Assembly (NCBI GenBank): GCA_043814095.1
Contig: JBDRKI010000102.1
Coordinates: 84,308 to 148,307, forward strand
From: Armatimonadota bacterium
GTDB taxonomy: Bacteria; Vulcanimicrobiota; JACPDS01; JBDRKI01
Length of the DNA: 64,000 nucleotides
Direction: 5' to 3'
A program made the position numbers and the translations under genes. Under the pieces are notes generated by a model, which was not told where the DNA came from, did not search any database, and saw only the letters and a program-made list of their open reading frames with translations. Below are positions 40,138 to 50,905 of this stretch, piece after piece. Positions within the stretch are counted from its first letter, which is position 1; the number at the start of each line of letters is the position of its first letter.

Positions 40138-41529
40138 TTATTTCCTTCTCATTATCTCCTGTGCCGCTATAATACCCGATACAGATGCCTGCATAAGGCC
40201 CCTTGTGATACCTGCCCCGTCACCGCAGGCAAAGAGATTATTAACCTGTGTTTCAAGGAATTTAGATGTCTCAATCTGTGAAGAATATGATTTTATCTCT
40301 ACCCCGTATAATAATGTGTTTTTTGAGGCAATACCGGGCGCTACCTGATCTAATGCTGTAAGCATCTCCAGTATATTTAAAAGATGCCTGTAAGGAAGAA
40401 CAAGACTTAAATCTCCCGGGGTAGCTTCTTTTAATGTGGGCTCAACAACGCTTTTTCTCATTCTTTCAACTGTTGAGCGCCTTCCTGCCTGGAGATCTCC
40501 TAATCTCTGGACCATAACCTTACCTGCTAAAAGATTTCCTAACCTAGCTATATACTGGCCGTAAGCGATGGGATCTTTAAAGGGTTCCGTAAAGTTTTTG
40601 CTTACAAGTATGGCAAAATTGGTATTTTTTGTTTTCTTGTTGCCATAGCTGTGCCCGTTAACCGTTATTATGCCGTCATCGTTCTCTGAAACAACCTCAC
40701 CGTAAGGGCACATACAGAAAGTTCTTACCTTATCATCGAAATGCTTTGAATAATATATGAATTTGGATTCATATATGCCTTCTGTTATGGGTTCTGAAGT
40801 ATCTGCTGATGTTTCAACACGCACGCCTACATCAACGGGATTAACAATTGTGTTTAATTTTAATCTATGGGATTCATCAGAAAGCCACCTGGCTCCCTGG
40901 CGTCCCGGCGCTGCAATAACATATTTAGACTCAAAAATATCACCGTTATCAAGCATTACTCCTTTTACTTCATTATCACGGCATATAATTTCTTTAACGG
41001 AAGTATCCATAAGAATATCAATCTTCTTTAACAGGAAATTTTCCATATTTTTTAGCACTTCAATACTGGTATCGGTGCCTAAATGACGGAGTCTATTGGG
41101 AATCAGAATCAACCCGGCCAGCGATGCCTTCCTGCTTAACTCGCTTATATCATCTTCATTATCACCGTAAATTACGTTTTTCGCGCCGAATTTAAGATAT
41201 AATTTATCCGCGTAATCAATAAGTTCAACCAGCTGTTTTTTACTGATAATCGTGTCTAATATACCGCCTATAGCCGTAGAAAGGGTAAGTTTCCCGTCAG
41301 AATAAGCACCCGCCCCGCCCCATCCGTTTAAAATATCACAGGGCTTGCAGTTTGAGCATTCCACCCCTTTGGCTATTGTAGGACAGACTCTTTTCTTAAT
41401 GCTTGAGCCTTTATCTATAAGGAGTACTTTTTTTCTTGATTTTTTTGCTAATTCTAATGCCGCAAAAATACCGGCAGGGCCCGCTCCTATAATTATTACA
41501 TCATAATTCTTCTTTGATTGTTTGAACAT
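40138..41529 (-). CDS. NAD(P)/FAD-dependent oxidoreductase (uncharacterised FAD-dependent dehydrogenase family)
   Basis: IIGAGPAG, GGAGAYSDGKL, RTFCMCP.G, GDGAGITRG. Confidence 0.9.
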   Translation of the reverse strand: MFKQSKKNYDVIIIGAGPAGIFAALELAKKSRKKVLLIDKGSSIKKRVCPTIAKGVECSNCKPCDILNGWGGAGAYSDGKLTLSTAIGGILDTIISKKQLVELIDYADKLYLKFGAKNVIYGDNEDDISELSRKASLAGLILIPNRLRHLGTDTSIEVLKNMENFLLKKIDILMDTSVKEIICRDNEVKGVMLDNGDIFESKYVIAAPGRQGARWLSDESHRLKLNTIVNPVDVGVRVETSADTSEPITEGIYESKFIYYSKHFDDKVRTFCMCPYGEVVSENDDGIITVNGHSYGNKKTKNTNFAILVSKNFTEPFKDPIAYGQYIARLGNLLAGKVMVQRLGDLQAGRRSTVERMRKSVVEPTLKEATPGDLSLVLPYRHLLNILEMLTALDQVAPGIASKNTLLYGVEIKSYSSQIETSKFLETQVNNLFACGDGAGITRGLMQASVSGIIAAQEIMRRK

Positions 41530-41546
41530 AAATATTTCCTTGCGTT

Positions 41547-41837
41547 TTAAGTGATAGTTACAGATTCTTTATCGGGAAAATCACATTCTTTGCACTCATC
41601 AAAGTTTTTAAGCTTTCTTGCTTTAAAAGTATGCGTGCAGTTAATGTAAAGAATGGCTCCGTCCTGCATGGAAAAGCCGAAATCTATGTGGGGACAGTAT
41701 TTTTCAGGAACAAATTCTTTGCAGAAATTATAAAGTTCGCCATAAGTTTCCTGGGTTGTGTTCTGAAAAAAGTGCTTCTCACACTGGAATATTCCGAACT
41801 GGGATTTCCTGAACTTACATGGCCTGTACGGCTGCAT
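41547..41837 (-). CDS. Small Cys-rich hypothetical protein
   Basis: GGAGG RBS, sits in the operon between two genes; seven Cys including CPH and CKEC. Confidence 0.55.
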   Translation of the reverse strand: MQPYRPCKFRKSQFGIFQCEKHFFQNTTQETYGELYNFCKEFVPEKYCPHIDFGFSMQDGAILYINCTHTFKARKLKNFDECKECDFPDKESVTIT

Positions 41838-41849
41838 AGTTCCTCCTTT

Positions 41850-42548
41850 TTATTCCGTATAAAGTATTCTGCCGCAGTTGCCGCAGTAAACAATACTGCG
41901 CTCTTTGGCCTTATCTATTATGTTCTTCGGAAGATTTATAAAACAGCCCCCGCAGCAGTCCCCCTCTATTTTAACAACCGCAAGACCGCCTTTTCTTGAA
42001 CGCATCTGTTCATACTTCTGCAGTTCTTCTTCTTCAATGCCTTCCAATACAACTTTTCTTCTATCCTGAATCTGAGCTATATTCTCATTAAACTTACCCA
42101 ATTCTTCGTTATATTTTTTAACCGTCTCTTCATGTTCCTTTTTTGCTTTTTCTATAAGCTCTTCAGCCACTTTTACCTTGCCTTCAAAAGATTCCGCTTC
42201 TTCCATTGATTTCAACATTTTATCTTCAATCTGCTTTTTCTGCGATTTTATATAATCTACTTCCTGCTGCCATGACATAAGCTCTTTTGAATTTGTGTTC
42301 CTGCCGCTGTAAAGCTGTTTATCAATATTTTTAATCTGCTCTTCTTTGGATTGAATCTCCGCTTCATATTCTTTTGCCTGTTTTCTTAAAACTTCTATAT
42401 GATTTTTAAACGCATCTGTTTTTTCAACAGCCGCTTCTATCTGTTTTTTCCTCTTTTCTCCAGAATCAAGAGCGTTTACCTGTTCAACTTTATCATCAAG
42501 TTCTAAATCTATCTTCTGCAATTTACATATTTTCCAAAGATTATGCAT
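41850..42548 (-). CDS. Coiled-coil + C4 zinc-ribbon protein (CT398/HP0958-like)
   Basis: LQKIDLE, long coiled coil, CGGC...CGNCGRILY. Confidence 0.9.
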   Translation of the reverse strand: MHNLWKICKLQKIDLELDDKVEQVNALDSGEKRKKQIEAAVEKTDAFKNHIEVLRKQAKEYEAEIQSKEEQIKNIDKQLYSGRNTNSKELMSWQQEVDYIKSQKKQIEDKMLKSMEEAESFEGKVKVAEELIEKAKKEHEETVKKYNEELGKFNENIAQIQDRRKVVLEGIEEEELQKYEQMRSRKGGLAVVKIEGDCCGGCFINLPKNIIDKAKERSIVYCGNCGRILYTE

Positions 42549-42559
42549 AAAAAACTCCT

Positions 42560-43111
42560 TTATTTATCAACTGCCGTTTTGACAATTTCATCTTTTAATG
42601 TCACTATGGATCTTAGGTGCCTGTATTTACCGCAAAAATCAAGACCGTAGCCCACAAGAAACTTCTCAGGCACTTCAAAGCCCGCGTATTCAATATTTAC
42701 AGGGCTTACTCTCTTGGACTTTTTATCTAAAAGCGAACATATTTTCAAACTTTTAGGATTCCTTAAAGAGAGTATTTCCTTTATATAATTCGCTGAAAGA
42801 CCGGTATCTACAATATCTTCAACTATTAAACAGTCTTTACCCTCTATATCTTCTTCTATATCTTTTAATATTCTTACAACCCCTGATGATTTGGTTAAAG
42901 CGCCATAGCTTGATATAGCCATATAATCCATAATAACGGGAAGCGTAAGATGCCTTACCAGGTCAGACGTGAAAAAAAGAGCCCCTTTTAATATGCTGAT
43001 TACTACAATCTCCCCGCCCTTATAATCATTGTTTATCCCGGCGGCAAGCTCTTTTATTTTAGATTGTATCTCATTTTCACTTAAAACCGTTTCTTTTATA
43101 TCTTCATACAT
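42560..43111 (-). CDS. hpt: Hypoxanthine phosphoribosyltransferase
   Basis: ILKGA, ISSYG, IVEDIVDTG, FLVGYGLD. Confidence 0.96.
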   Translation of the reverse strand: MYEDIKETVLSENEIQSKIKELAAGINNDYKGGEIVVISILKGALFFTSDLVRHLTLPVIMDYMAISSYGALTKSSGVVRILKDIEEDIEGKDCLIVEDIVDTGLSANYIKEILSLRNPKSLKICSLLDKKSKRVSPVNIEYAGFEVPEKFLVGYGLDFCGKYRHLRSIVTLKDEIVKTAVDK

Positions 43112-43124
43112 ATTAAATAATCCC

Positions 43125-43418
43125 TTATTTTACAAATACTTTCCACCACTGGTTCATTAATATAAATTCTATGAGAACAAGTATCGCAAGCAGGGCGCAG
43201 CATATCCTCCAGAAAACCGATAAATTAAAAGAAAAAGCGTTCACAAGCAGGATTAAAGATATTATAAATACGGTTATAAGTTCCGCCTGCAGGACATTTA
43301 ATTTAAGATATGCCAGATATTCCGGATAAAGGAATGCGCAGACCAACAAACCCAGCAAAACCAGCGAGAGTATAAAATTTAATGTAATAACTATTCTTGA
43401 ACTCATGGTTTTACTCAT
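43125..43418 (-). CDS. Small three-TM hypothetical membrane protein
   Basis: Three hydrophobic segments; co-oriented upstream of hpt. Confidence 0.55.
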   Translation of the reverse strand: MSKTMSSRIVITLNFILSLVLLGLLVCAFLYPEYLAYLKLNVLQAELITVFIISLILLVNAFSFNLSVFWRICCALLAILVLIEFILMNQWWKVFVK

Positions 43419-43477
43419 TCTACAGCCTAATAAAATATTCCTTGTATATATTTATATATAATATTTGTATATAGGGT

Positions 43478-43518
43478 ATATATAAAAAGCAAGGCGAAAA
43501 ACCTTGCTTTTTATATAT
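43478..43518 (-). terminator. Intrinsic terminator after ftsH
   Basis: ATATATAAAAAGCAAGG-cgaaaaa-CCTTGCTTTTTATATAT. Confidence 0.8.
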
Positions 43519-43547
43519 TTCTGTGAAAAATATCTATACTTTTACTT

Positions 43548-46019
43548 TTATTTTACTTCTTCGTTTTCCTGTACGGAATCCGGAAGATTCCCGCTTTCTG
43601 CTTTGCCGTTAATGATAATATCTATTTCATAGCCTTCCAGTATTTCTTTTTCCTTAAGCTTAACAACCAGTTTCTCAAGCTTCTCTTTATTTTTCATTAA
43701 TAATTCTCTTGTTTCATTAAAACAAACATCCACAAGCTGTCTTACTTCAGAGTCAATCTGCCGGGCGGTTTCATCGGAATAATCCTTGCTCTCAAACATA
43801 TCACGGCCCAGGAATATCTGATCACGGCTCTTACCGAATGTAAGGGGGCCGAGTTTCTCGCTCATGCCGTATTTGCATACCATCCTGTGAAGAATTTCAG
43901 TGCCAACTTTTAAATCATTGGATGCGCCTGTTGTCATCTCTCCGAACACGATGCTTTCGGCAACACGCCCTCCCAGAAGAACTTTGACTTCGGCAAGAAG
44001 TTCATTTTTGCTCTTCATATACTTATCTTCTTCGGGCATATGCCAGGTTATGCCTAACGCCATGCCCCTGGGGAGAATTGTTACTTTTCTTACGGGGTCT
44101 GCTTCGGGAAGAAGTTTTGCCACAAGCGCGTGACCTGCTTCATGGTAAGCGGTAATATTTTTTTCCTTCTCACTTATAATCCTGCTCTTTCTTTCCGGAC
44201 CCATAAGGACTCTGTCTATTGATTCTTCGCAGAATTCCATTTTAACAGTTTTCTCACCGCTTCTGGCGGCAAGCAGAGCCGCTTCGTTTAAAAGATTTTC
44301 CAGATCCGCGCCGGAAAAACCTACTGTGCGCTTAGCGATAATGCTTAAATCAACATTTTTATCAAGGGGCTTTTCCCTTGAATGAACTTTCAGTATCGCT
44401 TCCCTTCCTTTTATGTCAGGCTTATCAACAATAACGTTTCTGTCAAACCTGCCGGGACGCAGAAGCGCGGGATCTAAAACATCGGGACGGTTGGTAGCGG
44501 CTATAAGGATAACGCCGCTGTTTACTTCAAACCCGTCCATCTCTACAAGCAGCTGGTTTAAGGTCTGTTCTCTCTCATCATGACCGCCGCCTAAGCCTGC
44601 TCCACGCTGCCTTCCGACAGCGTCTATCTCATCTATAAATATTATGCAGGGCGAATTTTTCTTTGCCTGCTCAAAGGTGTCTCTAACTCGGGAATTATGG
44701 AATAAAACAGGTTTTTCTCCTCCGAAAAATGCTTCGTTTTCTACGCCGCATAAATCATAAACAAAACCATCGTATTTCTTCTTCGTAATATTTGTTATAA
44801 TGGCAGTTTCTTTATTCCTAGTTTGAGATATATTGTTCCCCTCTTGCCGATAGGAAATAGAAGTTTGAGAAATGCCTGCCATTTGTACAACTTTATACTT
44901 AGAAAAAACTTCTTCCGCCTCCGGCATTTCAACCAGAACATCCCCTTGTTTAAGATTTCTGGTTTCTACCGGCATAATTCTGCCTGATTTTCTAATAAAT
45001 ACCGAATGATCTCCTGTGGTTTTAATTTTCCCGCCCGGATATTCAATTTCATAGATTTCATCTGCTTTATGACGGAAAACTCTTTTAACTTCTTTCCAAT
45101 CGCTATCAAACCCTAACGTTTTAATATTTTTAACCGGAACTGTAAAGCCTTCGGCTTCATTGTCATAAAATTTATCAACAAACTCTCCTATTGTAATAAG
45201 CCTGATCTTTTCTTCTTCCTGAATCAAAACAGGAGTATCACCTGTTATAGAAGCTCCGACACCCACGAACATTTCAACAAAATCGGAACCGCTTATATAA
45301 AAGAAGGGTACTCCCGCTTCTCCGGCTATAGCACGCCCTAAAAGGGTCTTGCCTGTGCCTGGAGCGCCTAAAAGAAGCACTCCTTTGGGGATCCTTGCCC
45401 CCACATCTTTATACTTCTGCGGGTCTTTTAAAAAGTCTACAACTTCTTTTAACTCTTCTATGGCTTCTTCTACTCCGGCCACGTCATTGAAGGTGACTTT
45501 CTTTTTCTCGGAGCTCCAGAGCTTGGCTTTGCTCCTGCCGAAAGAAAACGCCTGGTGACCGCCTCCGCCCATGCCGGACTGCCTGAAAAGCATAAAGAAA
45601 AACAGAACTATTAAAACAATAGGCAGATACTGGGCGATAATAAACCATAAGGGGGTTTCATTGGCTGATTTGACATGTATAACAACATCATTCTGTTTTA
45701 ACATATCAATCAAAGGCTTAACTTCGGGATAATAAGCGTTGCGGGTTGTAAAATTCTGGGGTTTATTACTGCCGGATTTTATCAGCTCACCTTCTATTTT
45801 ATCGGCTGTTATTACAACGGATTTTACGTTCTTATCCGCGACTTCCTGTTCAAATTCGGTAAAACTCATCTCTGTGGGAGCGCTTGCTTCTTTGTAATAC
45901 TGGAAAAACATGTAGCTTATAACGGTAATAATAATAAGCCATATTAAGATACTTCTATAATTATTACCCGGCTTGTTCTTAAGGTCTTTTAAATTTTTTA
46001 CATCTTTAGGATCTCTCAT
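43548..46019 (-). CDS. ftsH: ATP-dependent zinc metalloprotease FtsH, intein-containing precursor (823 aa; 637 aa after splicing)
   Basis: Two TM helices, Walker A GAPGTGKT, pore loop FVGVG, Walker [32 protein letters not shown]. Confidence 0.97.
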   Translation of the reverse strand: MRDPKDVKNLKDLKNKPGNNYRSILIWLIIITVISYMFFQYYKEASAPTEMSFTEFEQEVADKNVKSVVITADKIEGELIKSGSNKPQNFTTRNAYYPEVKPLIDMLKQNDVVIHVKSANETPLWFIIAQYLPIVLIVLFFFMLFRQSGMGGGGHQAFSFGRSKAKLWSSEKKKVTFNDVAGVEEAIEELKEVVDFLKDPQKYKDVGARIPKGVLLLGAPGTGKTLLGRAIAGEAGVPFFYISGSDFVEMFVGVGASITGDTPVLIQEEEKIRLITIGEFVDKFYDNEAEGFTVPVKNIKTLGFDSDWKEVKRVFRHKADEIYEIEYPGGKIKTTGDHSVFIRKSGRIMPVETRNLKQGDVLVEMPEAEEVFSKYKVVQMAGISQTSISYRQEGNNISQTRNKETAIITNITKKKYDGFVYDLCGVENEAFFGGEKPVLFHNSRVRDTFEQAKKNSPCIIFIDEIDAVGRQRGAGLGGGHDEREQTLNQLLVEMDGFEVNSGVILIAATNRPDVLDPALLRPGRFDRNVIVDKPDIKGREAILKVHSREKPLDKNVDLSIIAKRTVGFSGADLENLLNEAALLAARSGEKTVKMEFCEESIDRVLMGPERKSRIISEKEKNITAYHEAGHALVAKLLPEADPVRKVTILPRGMALGITWHMPEEDKYMKSKNELLAEVKVLLGGRVAESIVFGEMTTGASNDLKVGTEILHRMVCKYGMSEKLGPLTFGKSRDQIFLGRDMFESKDYSDETARQIDSEVRQLVDVCFNETRELLMKNKEKLEKLVVKLKEKEILEGYEIDIIINGKAESGNLPDSVQENEEVK
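44694..45251 (-). mobile_element. Mini-intein (186 aa) in FtsH
   Basis: Interrupts [12 protein letters not shown]. Block A SITGDTPV, block B TTGDHSVF, block F VYDL, block G LFHN followed by Ser+1; no LAGLIDADG motifs. Confidence 0.95.
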
Positions 46020-46033
46020 ATTTTCACTCTTTT

Positions 46034-46597
46034 CTAATTATACTTATTCATGGCATATTCAATGCCGTTTTCAATAATTGATTCTAATATATCAACTGTT
46101 TTATTGATTTCTTCCTGATAAAACTTCCATTCACTCCTGGAAAATTTCTCTAATACAAAATCCGCGGAATCGTCGCCTTCAGGGGGTTGACCTATCCCTA
46201 TCCTCAGTCTCGGGAAATTATCCGTCTGCAGAACATCTATAATTGATTTTAAACCGTTATGGCCTCCGGCGGAACCTTTCATTCTTATCCGTATACTTCC
46301 CGGGGAAAGATTTAAATCATCACAGACAATAAGAGACTCGGTAGGTTTTATACCGAACCTGCCTAAGTTAAATTTAACGGCAGTCCCTGATAAATTCATA
46401 AAGGTGAGGGGCATTACCAAAACTATCCGTTTTGATAAAATCTCCCCCTCACCCCATATGCTTTTTAAAGATTTTTTAGCTATCTTTATGCTGTATTTAT
46501 CAGCCAGTTGTTCTAAGGCTAAAAATCCAAGATTGTGCCGCGTTCTTGAATATTTTTTACCAGGATTCCCCAGGCCAAAAATTATTCTAGGATGCAA
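46034..46597 (-). CDS. pth: Peptidyl-tRNA hydrolase
   Basis: GLGNPG, TRHNLG, TFMNLSG, GGHNGLKS. Confidence 0.97.
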   Translation of the reverse strand: MHPRIIFGLGNPGKKYSRTRHNLGFLALEQLADKYSIKIAKKSLKSIWGEGEILSKRIVLVMPLTFMNLSGTAVKFNLGRFGIKPTESLIVCDDLNLSPGSIRIRMKGSAGGHNGLKSIIDVLQTDNFPRLRIGIGQPPEGDDSADFVLEKFSRSEWKFYQEEINKTVDILESIIENGIEYAMNKYN

Positions 46598-46603
46598 ATC
46601 GGA

Positions 46604-47317
46604 TTATTCTCCTTCTTCTTTTTTGCCCTTCTTTATAACTTCAGGTTCTGAAGCCTTAGGTTTTTCCTCTTCGGTAGCAGCAACAGGAGCAGCAGCAACT
46701 TCGCCTTCTGCGCCTTCAATAGCTTCGCCTTCAGCAGGCACAGCCACTTCTTCGGCCTTAGGCGCGTGAATGATAACAATTGCTTCTTCCGCTTCAACTT
46801 TAGGTTCCACGCCTTCAGGAAATTTGATGTCTTTTATATAAAGAGCATCGCCTATCGCAAGACCCGAGATATCGGCTTCTATTGATTCCGGTATCTTTAA
46901 AGGCAGGGCTTCTATGTCGATCTGCCATAATAAATGATCCACAACTCCGCCTTCTTTAACTCCGGGACATTCCCCTGTAAGTTTTACGGGCACGGAAACA
47001 TATACTTTTTGATCAAGAGATATCTTATGAAAATCAACATGAAGAATACTTTTCTGGAATACGTCTCTCTGCAGTTCGGAGACCATAACCAGAAAGTCTT
47101 TGTCCAGTTTGCCGTCTATCTCCAGATTTATGATTACGTTCATTCCCGATCCGGTCTTCAGCGCTCTGGCCAGTTCTCTTTCAGGAATTTTTACGAGGAG
47201 ATTTTCAAATCCCTTCCCGTAAATAACGCCGGGAACTTCCGCGTTCTGGCGGATTTTAGCGCTTTTCTCTTTTCCCGTACCTTCCCTTTTTTCTACTTTC
47301 AGTAGTAATTGTTGCAT
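46604..47317 (-). CDS. rplY: 50S ribosomal protein L25/Ctc
   Basis: VPGVIYG, HVDF, GVKEGG, PEVIKKGK tail. Confidence 0.95.
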   Translation of the reverse strand: MQQLLLKVEKREGTGKEKSAKIRQNAEVPGVIYGKGFENLLVKIPERELARALKTGSGMNVIINLEIDGKLDKDFLVMVSELQRDVFQKSILHVDFHKISLDQKVYVSVPVKLTGECPGVKEGGVVDHLLWQIDIEALPLKIPESIEADISGLAIGDALYIKDIKFPEGVEPKVEAEEAIVIIHAPKAEEVAVPAEGEAIEGAEGEVAAAPVAATEEEKPKASEPEVIKKGKKEEGE

Positions 47318-47352
47318 TTTTCCCTCCCTTATTAACTCTTACTCCTTAATTT

Positions 47353-48363
47353 TTATTCAAATAATTCACTCACTGAAACATTAAAATGATTTCTTCTTAT
47401 GGCCTCGCCTAAAAGAGGCGCGACCGAAAGAATTTTTAACTTCTCTGATTTGGCATTAACTGGTATCGTATCGGTTATTACCAGCTCCTCTATATTTGAT
47501 TTTTCTAAATTCTCTATAAAATTATTGGCGAATACCGGATGCGTGGCGCACGCGTAAACCTTTTTGGCTCCTCTTTCAATCAATGCCTGTGCGCTTCTGA
47601 ATAAAGTGCCCCCTGTTGATATCATATCGTCAAATATAAGGACATTTTTACCCTTTACGTTACCCACTATTTCAATTACGCTGCTTTCATCCGGCTCCGG
47701 CCTTTTCTTAAACACAATCGCCAGCGACGCATTCAGTTTTTCGGCGAAAGCCCGGGCTCTCGCGACACCGCCTGCGTCCGGCGCCACAATTACCAGATCT
47801 TTTGTAACCAGATCGGTATCATTTATGTAATAATCTATTATTATCGGCATTGCGTACAAATTGTCAACAGGTATATCAAAAAATCCCTGAATGGCGGCCG
47901 CGTGAAGATCTACGGTTATTACCCTGTCGGCACCCGCCACGGTAATCAGGTTGGCAACCAGCTTTGCCGATATGGGTTCTCTGCCGGAAGTCTTTTTCTC
48001 CTGCTTGGCGTACCCGTAATGCGGTACAACGGCGGTTATCCTGTATGCAGAAGATCTTGAAAGAGCGTCAATCATTATAAGGAGTTCCATTAAATTATCG
48101 TTTACCGGCCTTGATATTGTCTGTATCACATACACATCCGTGCCGCGCACGCTCTCTTCTATCTTGATCTGTATTTCCTCGTTAGAGAATTTTGATACCA
48201 GAGCGTTGGATAAAGGAAGCCCCAGAAACCTGCAGATATCTTTGGCAAGCTGTTTATGGGAATTTCCGGAAAAGATTCTTATCTTCTCATCCTGTAAGTT
48301 CATTTTTTCCTCACTCAACGAAGCGCTCAAATCAATCCTCCTGTTTTCGGTATTAGTAACCAT
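47353..48363 (-). CDS. prs: Ribose-phosphate pyrophosphokinase
   Basis: ESVRG.DV, DLHA, PDAGG, DDMISTGGT, ATH; ORF extends to 48378. Confidence 0.97.
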   Translation of the reverse strand: MVTNTENRRIDLSASLSEEKMNLQDEKIRIFSGNSHKQLAKDICRFLGLPLSNALVSKFSNEEIQIKIEESVRGTDVYVIQTISRPVNDNLMELLIMIDALSRSSAYRITAVVPHYGYAKQEKKTSGREPISAKLVANLITVAGADRVITVDLHAAAIQGFFDIPVDNLYAMPIIIDYYINDTDLVTKDLVIVAPDAGGVARARAFAEKLNASLAIVFKKRPEPDESSVIEIVGNVKGKNVLIFDDMISTGGTLFRSAQALIERGAKKVYACATHPVFANNFIENLEKSNIEELVITDTIPVNAKSEKLKILSVAPLLGEAIRRNHFNVSVSELFE

Positions 48364-48402
48364 TAAGCCGCCTTTCATATTTACTCCTACAAATAAAATT
48401 TA

Positions 48403-49710
48403 TTATTTTTTAAGTTTCTTAATAGCTCTTGCGGGTATTCCCACCGCCAGGGTATTATCCGGCACATCTTTCGTCACAACGGAACCTGCGCCGGTTTTGC
48501 TCCCCTTTCCCAGCTTAACTGGCGCTACCAGGTTGCAGTTAGCACCGACAAAACAGTTGTCCGATATGACAGTTTGATTTTTAGATAAACCGTCATAGTT
48601 ACAGGTAATAACTCCCGCTCCTATGTTAACTCTCTGGCCTAAAATACTGTCGCCTATATAGCTTAAATGCGGGACTTTTGAGTAACTGCCTACTTTAGAA
48701 TTTTTAATTTCCACAAAGTCGCCTATCTTGGCATTATCATTTATAACCGTTCCCGGCCTTATATAAGCAAACGGGCCGATACCTACATCATTCTCAATAA
48801 CGGAATCCGTTATTCTTACAAAAGGCCCTATAGAGCAGTTAGGACCTATAGAGGTTTTACCTTCAATAATCGTAAATGGATGTATTACCGTATCAGGCAT
48901 TATCTTAACATCGTTATGGATATATGTTGTGCGCGGGTCAATTACAGTAACACCGCTTAACATTAATTTTTCAAGTTTCGCTTTATTTATAATATCATTT
49001 ACATTCGCCAGGTCAACCCTTGTATTTATGCCCACCGCCAGATTCTTATTATCCGATACATACACGCTTACACTAGCTTTTTTCTTTACAAGATATGATA
49101 CAGTATCGGTAAGATATTTTTCTTTCTGTTTGTTGGCATAACCTATACCGGACAATGCTTTTTTCAACGCGTCAAATTTAAAACAGTATATGCCGGTATT
49201 TACTTCATTTATCTTTAACTGGGCGGGAGTTGCGTCTTTTACTTCAATTATGCCTTCAATACTGCCGGATTTATTCCTTATGATTCTTCCGAAGTCCCCC
49301 GGATTATCCACCTTAACGCTTAGAACCGTCGCGTCAAATTTATTCTTGTTATGATAATTTACCAGCTTTTTAATATCACCCGCTTCTATAAGAGGCATAT
49401 CTCCGTATAAAATTACCACATTATCAAATCTCTTTTTTAAACTCTTTAAACCTACTTCAACGGCATGACCCGTACCTAATTGTTTTGCCTGCTCGGCAAA
49501 AAGGACCTTCCCCTTATAAGTTTCTTTTAATTTACCTGCCTGGTAACCCACCACCAGACAGATATCGGTTAATTTAGCTTTACCTGCCGCGTCAAACACA
49601 TAATCAATAATATGTTTGCCCGATACTTTATGAAGTACTTTCACAGTACCGGTTTTCATTCTTTTGCTCTTGCCTGCGGCAAGAATAATAACGGCGGTTT
49701 TATTTTTCAT
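48403..49710 (-). CDS. glmU: Bifunctional UDP-GlcNAc pyrophosphorylase / glucosamine-1-phosphate acetyltransferase
   Basis: ILAAG, QLGTGHA, LYGDMP, hexapeptide repeats, HLSYIGD, CNYDG. Confidence 0.96.
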   Translation of the reverse strand: MKNKTAVIILAAGKSKRMKTGTVKVLHKVSGKHIIDYVFDAAGKAKLTDICLVVGYQAGKLKETYKGKVLFAEQAKQLGTGHAVEVGLKSLKKRFDNVVILYGDMPLIEAGDIKKLVNYHNKNKFDATVLSVKVDNPGDFGRIIRNKSGSIEGIIEVKDATPAQLKINEVNTGIYCFKFDALKKALSGIGYANKQKEKYLTDTVSYLVKKKASVSVYVSDNKNLAVGINTRVDLANVNDIINKAKLEKLMLSGVTVIDPRTTYIHNDVKIMPDTVIHPFTIIEGKTSIGPNCSIGPFVRITDSVIENDVGIGPFAYIRPGTVINDNAKIGDFVEIKNSKVGSYSKVPHLSYIGDSILGQRVNIGAGVITCNYDGLSKNQTVISDNCFVGANCNLVAPVKLGKGSKTGAGSVVTKDVPDNTLAVGIPARAIKKLKK

Positions 49711-49821
49711 AAATACAACCTTAAATATTATATTACTTTAAAATATCCCTGTTATTACTATATATAATATTATTAAATTTTCCACAAAATTATAGCATAA
49801 CGCCTGAAATAGCGCAAGTTT

Positions 49822-50901
49822 TTACAGTTTTGACACTACCTGATACATAGGCATAAAAACACTCATAACTATAAAGCCGACGACACAACCCATAAAAATA
49901 AGGAGGGCGGGTTCAAGAATGGCGAAAAATTTTTCAAGAATACTTTCAAATTCCTCTTCATAAAATTTAGTCATCTTCTGCAAAGTAAGCTTAAGTTCTC
50001 CTGTTTCTTCTCCTATTCTTATCATGGAAATCATTAATCTCGGGAATATCTGCAGACTCTCAAGCGAGTTAGATAAAAGCTCCCCGTCTTTCATATCATT
50101 AATTACAAGATCCATCGCATTAGCGTAATAGGAAATATTAAGCACATCTTTTATAAGTTCAAGGCTTTTTAATACAGGAAATCCCGTATCATGCAGAAGA
50201 GAGAATACTCTGCTAAACCTTATTATAACCATATACCTCATTGTGGGTCCTATAATAGGCAGTAATAATAAGGAATTCTGGGTAACCTCCCAGCCTCTTT
50301 TTGTCTTAACAAACCTGTAAAAAAGAATTGCCAGTATAATAATAACTGCAATTGTAACGGGGTTATTAAATATTCCTAAAGTCCCCATAAGAATTTTAGT
50401 GGATAAAGGCATCTCAACTCCTGCAGATTTAAGCATTGGAGTGAACGCCGGTATTATGAACTTTAATATAACAAGGATACAGAGAACAGAAGCAACAACC
50501 ATAAATATAGGGTAAGTGATAAGCGAATAAAAACGTTTTCTTAATTTATTCTCCTTTTCAAGGTCATCTGCTATTTTTTCTAATACATTCTCAAAAAACC
50601 CGCCCTCTTCACCGGCTCTTAACGTAGCGGTATAAATAGGGGGGAAAACTTCGGGATACTGCGCCATAGCAGAAGATAAAGCCATCCCTTCATCTGATAT
50701 ATTATAAACTATGTCCCTTAAAACCAACCTGAATTTATAATCGGGGCTCTGCTCCATAAGTATGGATAAACCGCTATGCAGCGAGACTCCTGATGATATC
50801 ATCGCCGAGAGCTGTTTGAAAAACACGGCTAAAGTATCATTTAAACTCTTTATACCCCTAACCTGTTTCTTTTTTTTCTTTTTTTCTTTTATATTATCCA
50901 T
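49822..50901 (-). CDS. PilC/GspF-family inner-membrane platform protein (cassette 1)
   Basis: FFKQLSAMISSG, AGEEGG, TYP, IGEETG, LEP...PMY two-repeat T2SSF pattern. Confidence 0.92.
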   Translation of the reverse strand: MDNIKEKKKKKKQVRGIKSLNDTLAVFFKQLSAMISSGVSLHSGLSILMEQSPDYKFRLVLRDIVYNISDEGMALSSAMAQYPEVFPPIYTATLRAGEEGGFFENVLEKIADDLEKENKLRKRFYSLITYPIFMVVASVLCILVILKFIIPAFTPMLKSAGVEMPLSTKILMGTLGIFNNPVTIAVIIILAILFYRFVKTKRGWEVTQNSLLLLPIIGPTMRYMVIIRFSRVFSLLHDTGFPVLKSLELIKDVLNISYYANAMDLVINDMKDGELLSNSLESLQIFPRLMISMIRIGEETGELKLTLQKMTKFYEEEFESILEKFFAILEPALLIFMGCVVGFIVMSVFMPMYQVVSKL

Positions 50902-50905
50902 ATTT

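Noticed and set aside
48403-49710. GlmU somewhat short (435 aa)
   Set aside because: All catalytic motifs are present; probably just fewer hexapeptide repeats
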